Source: Octopus sinensis | Taxonomy: Eukaryota | Assembly: GCF_006345805.1 (NCBI RefSeq) | Contig: NW_021828237.1 | Coordinates: 1-8,820, forward strand | Direction: 5' to 3' | DNA length: 8,820 nt | In this document: positions 7,308-8,820 of the stretch, piece by piece | Layout of the letters: each line of letters opens with the position of its first letter | Numbering within the stretch: position 1 is the stretch's first letter | Notes under the pieces: generated by a model | The model's input: the letters and a program-made list of their open reading frames with translations, nothing else | Told to the model about the DNA's origin: nothing | Databases searched by the model: none | Position numbers and translations under genes: made by a program

Positions 7308-7420
7308 AGCCGTTCGATTCACTTCAACATTTTAGTTTAATTTGTCAAAATATGTTCGTCGCTTTAAGGCCGCGACCTGTTCACTGACGAAAATCCGTGC
7401 TGCATCTGAGAAGGTAACAG
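7308..7420 (-). mobile_element. Possible Penelope-like element pseudo-LTR fragment
   Basis: A short GC-richer island between microsatellites. It holds a minimal hammerhead-like motif followed immediately by ATTAAA (7336-7341, -), a poly(A)-signal variant. No RT or GIY-YIG coding sequence is present and the boundaries are approximate. Confidence 0.35.
7342..7391 (-). ncRNA. Minimal type I hammerhead-ribozyme-like motif with a G3-C8 core variant (this copy probably inactive)
   Basis: The minus strand reads GUCA (stem I) GUGAACA G GUCGC-ggccuuaaa-GCGAC (stem II) GAA C AUAU (palindromic stem III) U U UGAC (stem I). All helices and spacers match minimal hammerhead topology. The deviations are C at 15.1 instead of A, and a UUU cleavage triplet. 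Confidence 0.5.
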
Positions 7421-7453
7421 TTAGTTCGTTATATATTATGTGCGTATGTATAT

Positions 7454-7590
7454 ATCATTATATAATAAATATATCATAAGATAACAACATTGAAATTGTA
7501 AACGTAAATTTCGATTTTAAGAGAAAGATACTTTAACGTTGCTTCAATATTCTAAAGTTTGGATTCGGCAGTTTTCTTTAGAAACGAATG
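7454..7590 (+). repeat. Repeat block A, copy 2 (truncated)
   Basis: It shares CATTATATAA, GATAAC, CGATTTTAAGAGAAA and GATTCGGCAGTTTTCT.TAGAAA with copies 1 and 3. Homology stops where the inverted arm begins. Confidence 0.8.
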
Positions 7591-7597
7591 ACCCAGG

Positions 7598-7693
7598 TTT
7601 CTGTCTCTCTCTGTTTTTGTCTCTCACTCTCTGAGCAGCCTTTTGCAACGGATCTTTTGAAATTGTTGACATGTCTTGGTTTCTTCCCAATCA

Positions 7694-7726
<33 letters not shown>

Positions 7727-7852
7727 GTGTGTGTGTGTGTGTGTGTGCGTGCATGATTGGGAAGAAACCAAGACAACATGTCAACAATTTCAAAAGATCC
7801 GATGCAAAAGGCAGCTCAGAGAGTGAGAGACAAAGACAGAGAGAGACAGAAA
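7598..7852. repeat. 255-bp spacerless palindrome (inverted duplication of block B)
   Basis: Arms 7598-7723 and 7724-7852 are centred on ATATAT (7721-7726). They differ by 4 substitutions and one 3-nt indel. Confidence 0.97.
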
Positions 7853-7920
7853 GTGAGAGAGAGAGAGAGAGTAAGAGAGAGTCTATCTGAGGGAGAGTTT
7901 ATAGATTATATTTATGAGTC
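7727..7920 (+). repeat. Repeat block B, copy 2
   Basis: Colinear with 6410-6602, through GAGAGTTTATAGATTATA and GAGTC. Confidence 0.9.
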
Positions 7921-8032
7921 ATCTTCGTATTCATAAAACGAGACAGATGAGTGACAACCTAACCACTGGTGGTGGTGTAACACACCATACTAATCATATC
8001 TGTCGGGCATATGCAAGTGAGTGTATGAAATG

Positions 8033-8034
<2 letters not shown>

Positions 8035-8092
<58 letters not shown>

Positions 8093-8097
8093 TATAT
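8035..8097. repeat. (AT)n microsatellite; 25 perfect units at 8035-8084
   Basis: Read directly. Confidence 0.97.
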
Positions 8098-8101
8098 TTC
8101 A

Positions 8102-8820
8102 TTTCATTATATAACAATGTTATCATGAGATAACCCCTTTGAGATTATAACATAAGTGTCCATCTTAAGAGAAAAATCATTTAACATTACCTTAACAGTT
8201 CAACTTCACTGTTTAAATGTTTCGATTCGGCAGTTTTCTCTAGAAATGAATAACCAATCTTCCTATACTTAATTATGTATTTTGCAAACACAATGAAAGT
8301 TTTTCAGCCAATCAAATCGTTTTCCTGGACATTATTTATCTAATTTATCATGGCTCTTATTTCTGCCTTTTTCTCCTACTACAATATTTCTTAGTCAATA
8401 TTTTTAAGATTGATTTTTCGGTTGTCACTATTTTGTTCAATACATTGACATTTTGCTTTTGTTGATGAAGTCTGTAATGTATTCAGTATTGCAGCGTAAC
8501 TAAGGACTTCAGATGGAGTCGGAAAATGATATGCATACATAAATACATACATACATACATACATAAAGACATACATACATACATACATACATGCATGCAA
8601 CCATGCTTGCGTGCATGCATGCATATATACATACATACATACATACATACATAAATGCATACATGTATACATACATATATACATACATACATTAATACTT
8701 ACATACATACATTCATACTTACATGCTTAAAACATGCGTACGTACATACATTAGCTGGGATTAATTAATTAGTGAAATATTTTATATATATTTTCCTAGA
8801 TATTTCTCTGCAACAATTGA
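8102..8820 (+). repeat. Repeat block A, copy 3 (runs to the window end)
   Basis: Colinear with 5747-6403, including the final TTTTCCT.GAT.TTT.TCTGCAACA. Confidence 0.9.
8531..8750. repeat. (TACA)n/(TGCA)n tetranucleotide tract inside block A copy 3
   Basis: Read directly. It sits at the same position as the shorter tract at about 6165-6260 in copy 1. Confidence 0.93.

Noticed and set aside
7384-7420. Canonical CTGACGA hammerhead core on the plus strand
   Set aside because: No stem II or GAAA follows. The coherent fold is on the minus strand.
7578-7890. Two similar ORFs on opposite strands (KLLTC.LGFFPIMH)
   Set aside because: They are a consequence of the palindrome.
7942-8004. Nested stems GACAGAT/ATCTGTC and TGGTGT/ACACCA
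   Set aside because: The stems are short with no second copy or family motif, so they are not distinguishable from chance.

Overview
This window is AT-rich, microsatellite-dense eukaryotic non-genic DNA. Its repeat style resembles octopus or another cephalopod, but that is recall and not verified. I find no intact host gene, rRNA, tRNA or CRISPR array. From start to end it holds: (i) a decayed RTE-clade LINE (1-2666, +) whose RT carries an in-frame C4HC3 PHD finger and whose long 3' UTR has tandem hairpin repeats and a (GAT)n tail; (ii) a stack of probable non-autonomous Helitron-like pieces (about 2830-4400, plus a clean 3' end at 5440-5476) containing a 66-bp near-perfect palindrome; (iii) a second, 5'-truncated and internally deleted RTE LINE (4859-5440, -); (iv) a diverged higher-order array of about 0.85-kb units (5747-8820), one copy of which was rearranged into a 255-bp spacerless palindrome. 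The best candidate for something new is a minimal Penelope-type hammerhead-ribozyme-like motif at 7342-7391 (-). Its core carries a compensatory G3-C8 swap (GUGAACA in place of CUGANGA) and would be missed by canonical pattern searches. This copy is probably inactive.
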